A stretch of 64,000 nucleotides of DNA from an uncultured delta proteobacterium (GTDB taxonomy: Bacteria; Myxococcota_A; Polyangia; Polyangiales; JAFGIB01), in the NCBI GenBank assembly GCA_963778655.1, contig CAVZVA010000010.1, positions 736,001 through 800,000 on the forward strand, read 5' to 3'. This document shows positions 43,717 to 53,719 of the stretch, in pieces. Numbering within the stretch: position 1 is the stretch's first letter; each line of letters begins with the position of its first letter. The translations under genes were made by a program, and so were the position numbers. The notes beneath the pieces are model-generated. The model was not told the origin of the DNA. It searched no databases and saw only the letters and a list, made by a program, of their open reading frames with translations.

Positions 43717-44730
43717 ATGCGCGCGCGCAGCAATCCCAAGAACCGCTTCGAGGCCGCCGAGATCGCCTGGGACGAGGGCGAGGCGCCGCTCGCCTCGCTG
43801 CACGTACACGAGGAGCAGGCCAAGAGCATCATCAGCCAGAACGACAGCCCCGACCTGCCGTTCCGCTTCAGCATCAACCCCTACCGCGGCTGCCAGCACG
43901 CGTGCGCGTACTGCTACGCGCGGCCGAGCCACCAGTACTGGGGCTTCGGCGCAGGCACCGACTTCGAGCGCGAGATCATCGTCAAGCGCAACGCCCCCGA
44001 GCTGCTGCGGCAGGCGTTCGCCCGCCTGAGCTGGAAAGGCGAAGCGCTCACCTTCTCCGGCAACACCGACTGCTACCAGCCGCTCGAGGGGCGCTACCGC
44101 CTGACCCGCGCGTTGCTGTCGATCTGCCTCGAGCACAAGAACCCGGTCGCGGTGATCACCAAGAGCGCGCTGGTGTGCCGCGACCTGGAGCTGTTGTGCG
44201 CGCTCGCGCGCGTGGCCCGCGTCGCGGTCTTCATCAGCATCCCGTTCGCGGACGACGCGGGCGCGCGCGCGATCGAGCCGGGCGCGCCCGCGATCCACCG
44301 CCGCTTCGAGACGCTGCAGACCCTGTCCGAAGCGGGCCTGGTGACCGGCGTGGCGGTCGCGCCGATCATCGCCGGGCTCAACGACGGCCAGGTCACCCAG
44401 GTGCTGCAGCGCGCCCGTGACGCGGGCGCGCGCCACGCGTTTCACACCCTGCTGCGCCTGCCTGCCGAGGTGCAGCCGGTGTTTCTCACGCGCCTGCGCG
44501 AGGCGCTGCCCGCGCGCGCCGACCGGGTGGAGCACGCGCAGCGCGAGCTGCGAGGCGGCAAGCTCAACGACCCGCGCTTCGGCGCGCGCATGCGCGGAGC
44601 CGGCCCGCGCTGGCAAGCGATCGCAGAGCTGTTCGCGCTGCAGTGCAAGCGGCTCGGGCTCAACGCCGAGCCCCTCGCGGACGCTCCCAGCACGTTCGAG
44701 CGTCCCACTGCCCAGCTGCGCCTGTTTTGA
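43717..44730 (+). CDS. PA0069/SplB-like radical SAM protein
   Basis: SINPYRGCQHACAYCYAR, NTDCYQP.E, ITKS; C-terminal QLRLF. Confidence 0.9.
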   Translation: MRARSNPKNRFEAAEIAWDEGEAPLASLHVHEEQAKSIISQNDSPDLPFRFSINPYRGCQHACAYCYARPSHQYWGFGAGTDFEREIIVKRNAPELLRQAFARLSWKGEALTFSGNTDCYQPLEGRYRLTRALLSICLEHKNPVAVITKSALVCRDLELLCALARVARVAVFISIPFADDAGARAIEPGAPAIHRRFETLQTLSEAGLVTGVAVAPIIAGLNDGQVTQVLQRARDAGARHAFHTLLRLPAEVQPVFLTRLREALPARADRVEHAQRELRGGKLNDPRFGARMRGAGPRWQAIAELFALQCKRLGLNAEPLADAPSTFERPTAQLRLF

Positions 44731-44754
44731 GGCGCGAGCTCGGGCCCGCGCGCT

Positions 44755-46365
44755 TCAGCGCAGGTACACGCGGCTGTAGTCGAGCTCGTAGCTTAGCGGA
44801 AAGCTCGAGGCCGGCAGCGAGATGTCGACGGACGCCACGTCGGTGTGGCCCCAGCCGAGGTCGAACAGAAAGCTCAAGTCGAGCGCCTGTCCGCCCTGCG
44901 CACCGCCCAGCGTCCAGTGGATCGAGCCGCTCTGCACGACAATGCCGTCGTAGTACACCACGTAGGTGTCGTCGGCCCGGTACAGCCAGCTGAAGGTGTG
45001 CCACTGCCGCAGATCGCGCGCGCTCTCCGGCACGCCGGCGTCCGAGAGCCCGCCGGGCCAGCTGCTGTAGTCGATGCTCTGACTGCCGCCGACCGTGTCT
45101 GCGTGAAAGGCGTTCGGCGGCGGATAGATGTTGGGCGAGCCGAACGACTGCATCACGTCCATCTCGGCGCCGTTGTTCCACTGGTTGCCCGCGCTCCAGA
45201 AGGCGTACCAGTAGCCCGGCTGCGGCACCGGCATGCGCGCGCGGGTCTCCCACAGCAGATCCTTGCCGAGCAGCGCGCCGCCGTTGGGCAGCTTCCATCT
45301 TGCCACCAGGCTGCCGCAGCCGGCATTGTGCGCCGAGACCGAGATCGTGCTGTCCGCGCTGGAGAGCGGGCGCACGTAGGTCTTGAGCGAATCGGCCGTC
45401 CACTCGCGCATGGGCCGCGCCGGGTCCTCCACCGGCTGCATGTCGCCGGGCAACCCCAGCCCGCTCTGCGAGATCGCCGTGTCCGCCGTGGGCGCGACGA
45501 TCACCGCGCCGTAGTGCGTGCCATTGGCGATGGTGTTGAACTGGTCGTGAAACTGAAACTCCGCGCTCAACGAGGCCACGTCGGTGATCGTGCCGTTTGT
45601 GCCGAAATCCCAGTTCTTCACCAGCACGAATGGCGCGCCGCCGGCGTTGTCGGCTTCGGAAGGCGCGGGGCCGACCGCGGGCATCGCGACGTCGCCGGTG
45701 CCGATGGTCTGCCCGCCAGGCGGCACCGCGGCATCGGACTGGCTGGTACTGCCGATGGTGAGCGCCAGCGCGACCGATGCGCTGTGCATGTACGCCTGGC
45801 CGGGCGGGCTGTCCCAGCCCCACACCGTCCAGGTGGTCGCGCCCGGCGTGAGGCTCGCGGTGTCGATGTCGAGGCTGAACGAGCCGTCGCTGGTGGGCGA
45901 GGTCTGCGCCAGCGGAGGCATTTGATGGGTCGCGTCCCACACCTCGATGTTCTGGAAGGCTGCCGAGCGCCCGCGTACGGTCACGATGCCGTCGATGCGA
46001 TCGCCGTCGCCGGGCGCGTCGACCTCCAGGGTGTAGTCCGGCAGCGGCGGTCGCGCAGGGCCGGCATCGCTCGCGGCATCGCCGCCCGCCGCGCTCGTGC
46101 CGCCCCCGTCGCGCGGCAGGCCGCTGCCGATGCCGCCGCCGGCCGTGCGCGCCTCGCTCGACCCGGCATCGGTCGCCGCTGGCGTCGCCGCGTCCGCGCA
46201 GTCGCCGCGGCGGCAGTCGGTCGCCTCCACCGCGGTCGCATCCTGGCGCGCGCAGGCCACGAGCCCAGCCGGTGCCGCCAGCGCCCCGAGCAGCGCCAGC
46301 GCCATGCCCGACCTCGCGCGCAGCCAGCGCTCGCCCAGCGTGCCCACCGAATCCTCTCTCGGCAT
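44755..46365 (-). CDS. Lipoprotein with Ig-like and GH16/ConA-like domains
   Basis: Lipobox LVAC, W.AFW, EMDVMQ, WHTF..L, YYDG, ELDYSRVY. Confidence 0.6.
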   Translation of the reverse strand: MPREDSVGTLGERWLRARSGMALALLGALAAPAGLVACARQDATAVEATDCRRGDCADAATPAATDAGSSEARTAGGGIGSGLPRDGGGTSAAGGDAASDAGPARPPLPDYTLEVDAPGDGDRIDGIVTVRGRSAAFQNIEVWDATHQMPPLAQTSPTSDGSFSLDIDTASLTPGATTWTVWGWDSPPGQAYMHSASVALALTIGSTSQSDAAVPPGGQTIGTGDVAMPAVGPAPSEADNAGGAPFVLVKNWDFGTNGTITDVASLSAEFQFHDQFNTIANGTHYGAVIVAPTADTAISQSGLGLPGDMQPVEDPARPMREWTADSLKTYVRPLSSADSTISVSAHNAGCGSLVARWKLPNGGALLGKDLLWETRARMPVPQPGYWYAFWSAGNQWNNGAEMDVMQSFGSPNIYPPPNAFHADTVGGSQSIDYSSWPGGLSDAGVPESARDLRQWHTFSWLYRADDTYVVYYDGIVVQSGSIHWTLGGAQGGQALDLSFLFDLGWGHTDVASVDISLPASSFPLSYELDYSRVYLR

Positions 46366-46459
46366 ATGCCACAGTAGGCGCCGGCCTGCCCGATCGCGGC
46401 TCAAGAACGCAACGGGGCGCTCGCCCCCGGCTGCCCGCGCTCGCGCGCGGCGGCCGCGC

Positions 46460-47671
46460 TCAGCTCGGCACGTGCTCGAAGCGGATGCCCGCGGTCTGCA
46501 GCCGCGCGATCAGCGGCTCGCCCATTGCGACCGCGCTGGGGATGACCCCGTAGCGCTCCGGCAGCGCAGGCTCCAGCGCCAGGCACAGCGCGCACTCGGC
46601 CAGCATCTTGGCGGTCTCGCCGTATCCCGGGTCGCCGCCGCGCACCAGGCAAGAGACCCGCTGCTCGCCCGCCCGCGCCAGCACGCGCACCTCGAACCAG
46701 CCCTTGGCCCGCTTGCTCGCGTCCGGGCCCTCGCCCGGCTGCCTGATCCGCGAGAGCAGCGCGCGCGTCGGCTGCCATTGCGCCAGGGCGAACAGCGCGC
46801 CCAGGCCGCCCAGGCCGAGCACCAGCGTCGGCAGCCGTCGCACCGCCGCGTAGTGTCCGTACTCGAAGTCGCGCCCGTACTCCGGCAGCAGCCTCGCCGA
46901 GCGGCACACCACCTCCGGGTCGATGGTCGGCATCGGCACCGCCCAGGCCGCGATCTCCCTGCGGTAGGCGATCCGCAGCGGCGCCTGCCGGATCGTACGC
47001 CCTTCGCCCTCGGCCGCCCGCGCCGCCGCGCGCCGCTTGTGCGCGCGCGCGTGCTGCCGCTGCGTGCCCATGATCGACAGCGCCGACTGCCAGGTGCCGC
47101 CCGAGAAGTCGCCGCTCGCGCGCACGAACGCCTCGACCTTGACCGGCTCGCGTTCCAGCGTCCCGGGCGCAACCACGCGCGCGAGCTGGTGCATGGCGAA
47201 GCACACGCCGAGGTCGTGGGGCACGGAGTCGAAGCCGCACGCGTTCACGATCTTCGCGCGGCTCTGCTGCGCGGCCTGATGATGGCGCTCGATCATCGCG
47301 TCGACGAACTCCGGCTCGCCCGTGAGATCGACGTAGTGCGTGCCATTGTGCGCGCAGGCCTGCAGCAGCGGCTCGCCGTGCGCGGCGTAGGGCCCGACCG
47401 TGGTGGCGATCACGCGCGTGCTGCGCGCCAGCTGCTGCAGCGCCTGCGCGTCGTGCGCGTCGGCCAGCACGATCTCGATGCGCGCGGCCTCGGGGCTCAG
47501 CGTCGCGAGCCGCTCGCGCACGGCCAGCAGCTTGTCGCGGTTCCTGCCCGCCAGCGCCCAGCGCAGCGACCCGGCGGCCGCGCAGCGCGCCAGATACTCG
47601 GCGGTCAGCCCGCCGGTGAAGCCGCTCGCCCCGAACAACACCAAGTCGTGTGCGCGCGAATCGCCGTTCAT
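46460..47671 (-). CDS. Saccharopine dehydrogenase-like oxidoreductase
   Basis: GASGFTG, AGRN, TVGPY, YVDLTGE, CGFDSVP.D, DPGY. Confidence 0.9.
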   Translation of the reverse strand: MNGDSRAHDLVLFGASGFTGGLTAEYLARCAAAGSLRWALAGRNRDKLLAVRERLATLSPEAARIEIVLADAHDAQALQQLARSTRVIATTVGPYAAHGEPLLQACAHNGTHYVDLTGEPEFVDAMIERHHQAAQQSRAKIVNACGFDSVPHDLGVCFAMHQLARVVAPGTLEREPVKVEAFVRASGDFSGGTWQSALSIMGTQRQHARAHKRRAAARAAEGEGRTIRQAPLRIAYRREIAAWAVPMPTIDPEVVCRSARLLPEYGRDFEYGHYAAVRRLPTLVLGLGGLGALFALAQWQPTRALLSRIRQPGEGPDASKRAKGWFEVRVLARAGEQRVSCLVRGGDPGYGETAKMLAECALCLALEPALPERYGVIPSAVAMGEPLIARLQTAGIRFEHVPS

Positions 47672-47753
47672 GGGATCAGCCGGCGCCGACGATAGGGGCG
47701 CTGCGCGCGAAAGTCGAGCACGACGCGTGCCCGCGCAGAGCCCAAGCGCGCGC

Positions 47754-48851
47754 TCAGTCGAAGGCCACGCCGAGCGAGAAGCGGCCCACCACGTAGATCG
47801 GATGGAAGCCGCCGTTGAGGTCGGCCACCTGCGACCCGGTGCGATCGAGCAGGATCTGCAGCTCGCTGCCGTCCGGGCAGCCCGAGGTCGCCGCCATCAC
47901 ACTGGCGCTGTCGCGGTTCACGAAGCAGCGCTCTTGCTGGTTGAGCTCGTAGCCCAGACCGATGCCGCCCGAGAGCGTGAAAAACCCGATGCGGGTGTGC
48001 GAGCCGATGAACAGGACCAGCTGGCGCTCGGTGTGCTTGACCCGATCGAACACGCCGCTGCCGTCCGAGGCCTTGTAGGTCAGCCCGTAGTTGGTGAAGT
48101 ACGCGCGCAGCACGTAGCCCTGCAGCGGCTTGCCCGAAAGCCAGAAGCCGGCGCCCAGGCTGGTGCCCGCGATCGGACCCAGGCCGTTGCTGTGCTGCGA
48201 GATCGGATCGGAGCGGCCTTCGAAATTGAACGCCGGCGGCCGCGCGTTGGCGATGAACACCGGAACCGCCTCGATGCTGATGAACTTCCAGGCCACCACC
48301 TCGAGCTCGAGCCCGAGCCGCCCCTCGATCAGCCAGTTGAAGGGATCGATGCGGATCGAGAACGGGGGATAGGGCTTGTGCTCGGGCTTAGGCCAGGCCT
48401 TGCTGGCGAAGTCCGGCTCGCTCGGCTCGCTCGGCTCGCCGGTCTCGCCGGTCTCGCCGGTCTCGCCTCCCGCTTCCACCTGTCCTTCGAAGTGCGGCAG
48501 CGCCTCGGACGCCGGCGGCGGTTGTGTGGGGGCCGGTGGCGGCGGCGGCTGAGATGGCGCCGGCACGGCCGTGCCGGCTGTCTCGGCCGGCGCGCCGGCG
48601 GCGGGGGCCGCGCCCGGTTCACCCCCCGCGGGCCCTGGCTCGACCTGCGCAGGTGGCGGCGGCGGCTCGGCCTGGGCGGGCGGCGGCGGCTCGGCCTGGG
48701 CGGGCGGCGGCTCGGCCTGGGCGGGCGGCGGCGGGGGGCTCTGCGCAGCGCTCGGTGCGGGCGGCGGCTCGCCCTGCGCGCGGGCTGCAGGCGCGCTCGC
48801 GCTTGCGGCCGCCAGCCAGACCAGCGCTACGACCGTGCTGCGGCGAAACAT
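47754..48851 (-). CDS. Secreted protein with Pro-rich stalk and probable outer-membrane barrel
   Basis: Signal peptide, AQAEPPP repeats, alternating beta-strands, C-terminal GVAFD. Confidence 0.6.
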   Translation of the reverse strand: MFRRSTVVALVWLAAASASAPAARAQGEPPPAPSAAQSPPPPPAQAEPPPAQAEPPPPAQAEPPPPPAQVEPGPAGGEPGAAPAAGAPAETAGTAVPAPSQPPPPPAPTQPPPASEALPHFEGQVEAGGETGETGETGEPSEPSEPDFASKAWPKPEHKPYPPFSIRIDPFNWLIEGRLGLELEVVAWKFISIEAVPVFIANARPPAFNFEGRSDPISQHSNGLGPIAGTSLGAGFWLSGKPLQGYVLRAYFTNYGLTYKASDGSGVFDRVKHTERQLVLFIGSHTRIGFFTLSGGIGLGYELNQQERCFVNRDSASVMAATSGCPDGSELQILLDRTGSQVADLNGGFHPIYVVGRFSLGVAFD

Positions 48852-48914
48852 GCCGCGAGCATAGGCCCAAGCGCGCGCCCGTTGCGAGTTCCGCGTACGC
48901 CCGTAGGCCGCCGC

Positions 48915-49319
48915 TTAGAGCGCCGAGGCGAGCATCCAGGCGGCGATCGCGAGCAGCCCGCCCGCGAGCACCACCCAGAGCACGGCGTCGACGCGCGGCC
49001 CCGGCGGGGTGCTGCTGGAGCTGATCGGCCCGCCGGCTTTCGGCAGCTCTGCCCGCGGTTGCGGCGGCGGCGGCTGCCGCCGGTCGAGCTCGGCCAGCAC
49101 CTCTTGCGCGCGGCTCAGCACCCGCGTGTCGTCGTCGCGGCGAATCGAGACGTCCGCGGTTTCGAACAGGGCCTTCATCGCGTGGCCCACGAAGCGGCCG
49201 TCCGGCCTGGCTTGCGCTGCGGGCGCGGCCCGCGTCGCCGGAGGCGCCCCGCTCGAGGGGATCGGCTCTTCGCCGACGGCCTGCGGGCTCGGCCGCGCGT
49301 GCGTGGGCTTGTCCATCAC
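48915..49319 (-). CDS. Hypothetical protein with C-terminal TM helix
   Basis: ORF fills the gap; hydrophobic C-terminus. Confidence 0.45.
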   Translation of the reverse strand: MMDKPTHARPSPQAVGEEPIPSSGAPPATRAAPAAQARPDGRFVGHAMKALFETADVSIRRDDDTRVLSRAQEVLAELDRRQPPPPQPRAELPKAGGPISSSSTPPGPRVDAVLWVVLAGGLLAIAAWMLASAL

Positions 49320-49698
49320 GATCGCTCGACATCATGTCCGAACAGCCGTGGTTTGCAATCGTTGCGGGGGACGAGATCCGTCCCGAAACATGGCAGTCCC
49401 GCGTCTCGTTCTCCCAATCTTGGTGGATCGACACCTACACGGCCCTTTACTTTCGCCCTTACTTGCGCAATGCGTGGACTCGGGGCCCGCGAGGGGCCGT
49501 CGCAATCCCAGCCGGTCGGGCGGGGGTTGGTTGCTGAGTCGCGACGGTGTGCGTGAAGTACCAAGATGATGTCGAGCACCTCTCTCCCCGCAGCGGGGCG
49601 CACTGCGGCGGCGGGCATGCATCGCTCGGTCGGGTTGCGCGCGCGGGGGGCCGGGTCATGGATGCCGAGTCGGGTCTGAGGTTAGCGAGGTACTAGAG

Positions 49699-51117
49699 GT
49701 GACGACCGGGATCTTGATCATCCACACCGACGCGCAACTCGAGGAAGCCAGCAGCCTGGTCGATCTGCTCGAGGCATCGCTATCGCTGCCTTCGGGTGCT
49801 ATCCGCTGCAGCTCGCTTCCGGGCTACGCGTGGCCCAATCGCAACGGCGGCCAGCCTCATCCAGATAGCTTCGCCGCGACGCTCGACGAGATCGGCGCGG
49901 CGATCGCGCTGGTCGATCGCGCGGCGCTGGCCGAGCCGCAGCTGATGTTCGATTTGGCGGCGGCCTGGGCGCGCGGCAAGCGCATCGCGTTGCTCGCGGA
50001 CCATGCCGAGCGGCGCCGCGAGCTGCCGCCGCAGCTCAGCAAGGCCACGCTGGTGGCACGCCTCGACCGCGCGGCGCTGGCCGATCTGGTCGAGGATCTC
50101 GCCTTCGACCTCGGCCTCAACCCGCGCCTGGGCAAGGACGCCCAGCGTGCGCTCAATGCGCTCAGCTCGGCACCGCCGCCCCCGCCTGCGAACGCCACGC
50201 CGGCGCCGAGCGAGGCGCCTGCGCGCGTACCAGCGCCTGCGGCCGCGCCAGCGCGTGTGCCGGCGCCCCCGACCAGGCCCGCGGCCGCGCCGATACCGGC
50301 GCGCACGCCCGCAGTCGCAACCATGCCCACGGCCGCGAGCGTGGCTGCCAGCATCGAGGACACCCCGCTGGAGCCGGCACCGGCGGTGGTCATTGCCGCG
50401 GCCATGCGCGACGACGATACCTTCGAGGAGGCCGAGCTGGAGCCGGCCGACGAGGCGTACGAGCCGTTGCGCAGCGAGCCGCCTCCGGCCGCGCCAGCGA
50501 GCGTGCCTGCGCTTGACCTCGAGGACGCCGCCGCCGACGACGCGGTCGAGCTGAGCGACGACGACGTCGAGCCGCTGCGCGAGCCGGCCGCGGAGAGCAA
50601 CGGGATCTCCTGCGGGCTATCGTTCGAGGCCGGCCGCGCGATCAGCGAGTGCTCATTTCACCGCGACGAAGGCGGCGACTTCGGGGCGCAGCTGGAAGCC
50701 TCGTTCGGCCGCTTCATCGACCTCGTCGGCGGCGACTGGGGCGAGCTCAGGCGCCTCAGCGATCTCGACGTGTGGTTGGGCGCGACCGACAACCTGCTCG
50801 AGTCGCTGCCGCCCGCAACCAAGCACCTCTCCGAGTGGTACGAAATGGGCTTCCAGTTTTCGACGCTGCGCAGCATCGCCGAGCAGGGCCTGCCGGCCGA
50901 TCCCGAGGAGCGCGCGATCTACGAGGAGCTCTGGGGCCAGTCGATGAGCGCCTTCCTGGAGTCGGCCGACAGCGCGCAGATCGCCGCGAGCGAAGCGGGC
51001 GAGCTTCGCTCCTCGCTCGAGAACCTGATCGGGCCCGAGCCGCAGCGCGACTACGCCAACCTCGCCCGCTCGCTGCAGCAGCTGCGCGCCCTGGCCGAGG
51101 CGGCCGACCGCGGCTGA
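49699..51117 (+). CDS. Degenerate TIR-like domain + Pro/Ala and acidic linker + helical domain
   Basis: ILIIH...LVDLL...IRCSSLPGY...MFDLAAAWARGK resembles bacterial TIR domains. Confidence 0.6.
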   Translation: MTTGILIIHTDAQLEEASSLVDLLEASLSLPSGAIRCSSLPGYAWPNRNGGQPHPDSFAATLDEIGAAIALVDRAALAEPQLMFDLAAAWARGKRIALLADHAERRRELPPQLSKATLVARLDRAALADLVEDLAFDLGLNPRLGKDAQRALNALSSAPPPPPANATPAPSEAPARVPAPAAAPARVPAPPTRPAAAPIPARTPAVATMPTAASVAASIEDTPLEPAPAVVIAAAMRDDDTFEEAELEPADEAYEPLRSEPPPAAPASVPALDLEDAAADDAVELSDDDVEPLREPAAESNGISCGLSFEAGRAISECSFHRDEGGDFGAQLEASFGRFIDLVGGDWGELRRLSDLDVWLGATDNLLESLPPATKHLSEWYEMGFQFSTLRSIAEQGLPADPEERAIYEELWGQSMSAFLESADSAQIAASEAGELRSSLENLIGPEPQRDYANLARSLQQLRALAEAADRG

Positions 51118-51229
51118 GCGCCCGACCGCGGTGCAGCGACCCCGGGCCGGTGCCCCTGGCGCGCGGGGATCGGCCTTCCCACATTGGTCTACATCGACTG
51201 TGCGTTAGCGAACGTACTATAATCTTACC

Positions 51230-51877
51230 GTGAGCCTGGCAGAAAACTTGGATCAGCTCCTTCGCGTCAACCTGGGCCCCAGTCGCGTGCTCGACGAAGC
51301 CGCGGGCTCGGAGGACACGTTCCTCACGCGCTACGGCGACACGCAGCTGCTGCTGGTCAAGCTGCAGGCGGGGCACGAGGCGCTCGAGTACGGGCTCGAC
51401 ACCAGCCAGCGCGTCGCCGCGCAACCGGTGCAGCCGAGCGTCCGCGTGATGGGCTTCGAGACGCAGATCCTCACCGACCAGCAGATGATCGAGCTGGATC
51501 TGAGCGAAGCCTCCGACAGCGTGCGCGTCGATCGGCTGCGCTGGCTGTTCAGCCACGATCGCTACTTCGTGATCGCGCTGCGCAAACGTACCGACGACCC
51601 GACCTTCCTCGATCGACTCTCGATCGGCCGCTCGCCCAACAAGGACGTCGTGCTGCGCCATCCCAACGTCTCCAAGTTCCACGCCTGGTGCGAGATGGAC
51701 GACCAGGGCACGTTGTACGTGGCCGACGCCGAGAGCACCAACGGCACCTCGCTCAACGGCCGCAAGTTGTCGCCGCGCGAGCTCACCCGCGTCAGCTCGG
51801 GCGACCACCTGCGCTTCGGCTCGGTCGAGTGCGTGGCCAGCGATCCGAGCGAATTCTGGCGCGCGGTCCGAGCGTAG
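51230..51877 (+). CDS. FHA domain protein
   Basis: IGR, VSKFHA, STNGT, GD.LRFG. Confidence 0.88.
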   Translation: MSLAENLDQLLRVNLGPSRVLDEAAGSEDTFLTRYGDTQLLLVKLQAGHEALEYGLDTSQRVAAQPVQPSVRVMGFETQILTDQQMIELDLSEASDSVRVDRLRWLFSHDRYFVIALRKRTDDPTFLDRLSIGRSPNKDVVLRHPNVSKFHAWCEMDDQGTLYVADAESTNGTSLNGRKLSPRELTRVSSGDHLRFGSVECVASDPSEFWRAVRA

Positions 51878-51897
51878 CCAGCGCTGCGACCGAGGAA

Positions 51898-51925
51898 TCA
51901 CAGCAAGGCGGGAAGGCGCGAAGAC
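51898..51925. repeat. Half copy of repeat family B
   Basis: TCACAGCAAGGCGGGAAGGCGCGAAGAC. Confidence 0.55.
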
Positions 51926-52028
51926 GGAGGGCTCTGATTGGAGCCCCGCCCGGCGGGGCGTTCATGTTCGGCCGCGCGTTCGCGTTCGAGCGCGCAACCG
52001 CGAGCGGCGCCCGGCCGATGCAGGGGGC

Positions 52029-53057
52029 ATGGCTCCGGCATCCCTTCGCGCTGCGGCTCCGATCGCGCTTTGCCTCGAACTGACTGTGGCCGCCTGCGGC
52101 CCGCCAGGCAGGCCCGAGCTGCTGGCGGCGGGCGCGGGCTGCGATGCGGGCAGCCGCGCAGTGGCCGCGCTCCGTGGCGACGCCGCGGCACCGGAAGAAG
52201 GCGTCACGCTCGCTACGCGGGCGACCGGCCTGGCGCTTGCGCCCGCGCGGGTGGACGCGGATGCCGGTTCCGCCGGAGGTGCGGCGCTGCAGGTGATGAC
52301 CTGGAACCTCGACTGGCTCGGCGATCCAGAGCAAGGCCCGAGCGACGATGCGCTGCAGCAAGCGGCGGTGCGCGATGTGCTGGCGCGCTCCCAGATGCAG
52401 CTGATCGCATTGCAGGAGGTCGCGTCCGAGCCGGCCTTTGATGATCTGCTGCGCGCGCTGCCGCGCTACGCTGGCCTGCTCTCTGGTTACGCCTGGACGC
52501 AGCGGACGGCGCTGCTGTGGGACGCCCGTCGCTTCGAGCTCGGCTCGGCGCGCGCGCTCTCCGGGCTCGACGACGCGGGCCGGCCGCCGCTGCTGGTGTG
52601 TCTGCGCGCCAAGCCTGACGGCGTGCCGCTGCGCGTGCTGGTGGTGCACGCCAAGGCCCAGGCGGACGCCGCGAGCTACGACCGCCGCGCGCGCTTTGCC
52701 GAGGGCTTGAAGGCCTTCGCCGACGGCGAGCCGCTCGACGCGCCGCTGCTCGTGCTCGGCGACTTCAACGATCTGCTGCTAGGCTCGATCAGCGAGGGCG
52801 AGGACACGCCCTACCGCGCGTTCCTGGACGACCCGAGCTACGACGCGCCCACGCGAGCGCTCGACGAGCCCGGCGCCAGCGAAGCCTCCTACGCGCACGG
52901 CAGGACGATCGACCACGTCCTGCTGCGCAGCGCAGGCCTGCTCGCGGTGCGCACCGGCTCGGTCGACGTGCTGCAAGACGAGCTGCTCGCCCGCTACCCC
53001 GACTACATCACCACCGTCTCCGATCACTTCCCGGTCACGCTGACCTTGCAGCCCTGA
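52029..53057 (+). CDS. Endonuclease/exonuclease/phosphatase family lipoprotein
   Basis: Lipobox VAAC, TWNL, LQEV, GDFND, IDHV, SDHFPV. Confidence 0.85.
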   Translation: MAPASLRAAAPIALCLELTVAACGPPGRPELLAAGAGCDAGSRAVAALRGDAAAPEEGVTLATRATGLALAPARVDADAGSAGGAALQVMTWNLDWLGDPEQGPSDDALQQAAVRDVLARSQMQLIALQEVASEPAFDDLLRALPRYAGLLSGYAWTQRTALLWDARRFELGSARALSGLDDAGRPPLLVCLRAKPDGVPLRVLVVHAKAQADAASYDRRARFAEGLKAFADGEPLDAPLLVLGDFNDLLLGSISEGEDTPYRAFLDDPSYDAPTRALDEPGASEASYAHGRTIDHVLLRSAGLLAVRTGSVDVLQDELLARYPDYITTVSDHFPVTLTLQP

Positions 53058-53116
53058 GCCAGCCTGCGTGGTCCCGTGCGCCGCGCGGTAGTCGAGGTCG
53101 TGATCGTGCGCTGCGC

Positions 53117-53719
53117 TCAGGCCCGCCCCAGCTTCGCTACTTCTGCATGCCGATGGCACGTCACCAGGTGATCGTTGACCAGACCTGCGGCCTGCATGAA
53201 CGCGTACACGATGGTGGAGCCCACGAAGCTGAAGCCGCGGCGCTTGAGATCCTTGGAAAGCGCGTCGGACAGCTCCGTGCGCGCCGGCACCTGACGCATG
53301 CTGCGGAAGCGATTCTGTACCGGCTTGCCCGCCACCGCCTGCCACACGTACGCGTCGAAGCTGCCGTGCTCCTGCTGCAGCAGCAGGAACGCGCGCGCGT
53401 TCTTGATCGCGGATTCGACCTTGAGTCGGTTGCGTACGATGCCCGGATCGCGCAGCAAGCGGCGCACGTCGCGCGCGCCGAAGCGCGCGACCTGCTCCGG
53501 ATCGAAGTCGCAAAACGCCTGGCGGTAGGCCTCGCGCTTCTTGAGGATGGTGAGCCACGAGAGCCCGGCCTGGGCTCCGTCGAGCAAGATCTTCTCGTAC
53601 CACTTGACGTCATCGTGCACGGGCACGCCCCACTCGCGGTCGTGGTACTCGGCCATCAACGGGTGTGCGCTGGCCCATGCGCAGCGGCGGGGCTCGGATG
53701 GGGAGGGACGGGCGGGCAT
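53117..53719 (-). CDS. tag: DNA-3-methyladenine glycosylase I
   Basis: RCAW, YHDREWG, QAGLSW.TIL.KR, IVRNRLK, FMQAAGLVNDH. Confidence 0.95.
   Translation of the reverse strand: MPARPSPSEPRRCAWASAHPLMAEYHDREWGVPVHDDVKWYEKILLDGAQAGLSWLTILKKREAYRQAFCDFDPEQVARFGARDVRRLLRDPGIVRNRLKVESAIKNARAFLLLQQEHGSFDAYVWQAVAGKPVQNRFRSMRQVPARTELSDALSKDLKRRGFSFVGSTIVYAFMQAAGLVNDHLVTCHRHAEVAKLGRA

Noticed and set aside
48420..48735. Short tandem DNA repeats (also GGC/ACC runs at about 54470-54540 and in other linkers)
   Set aside because: They simply encode low-complexity Pro- or Gly-rich linkers.
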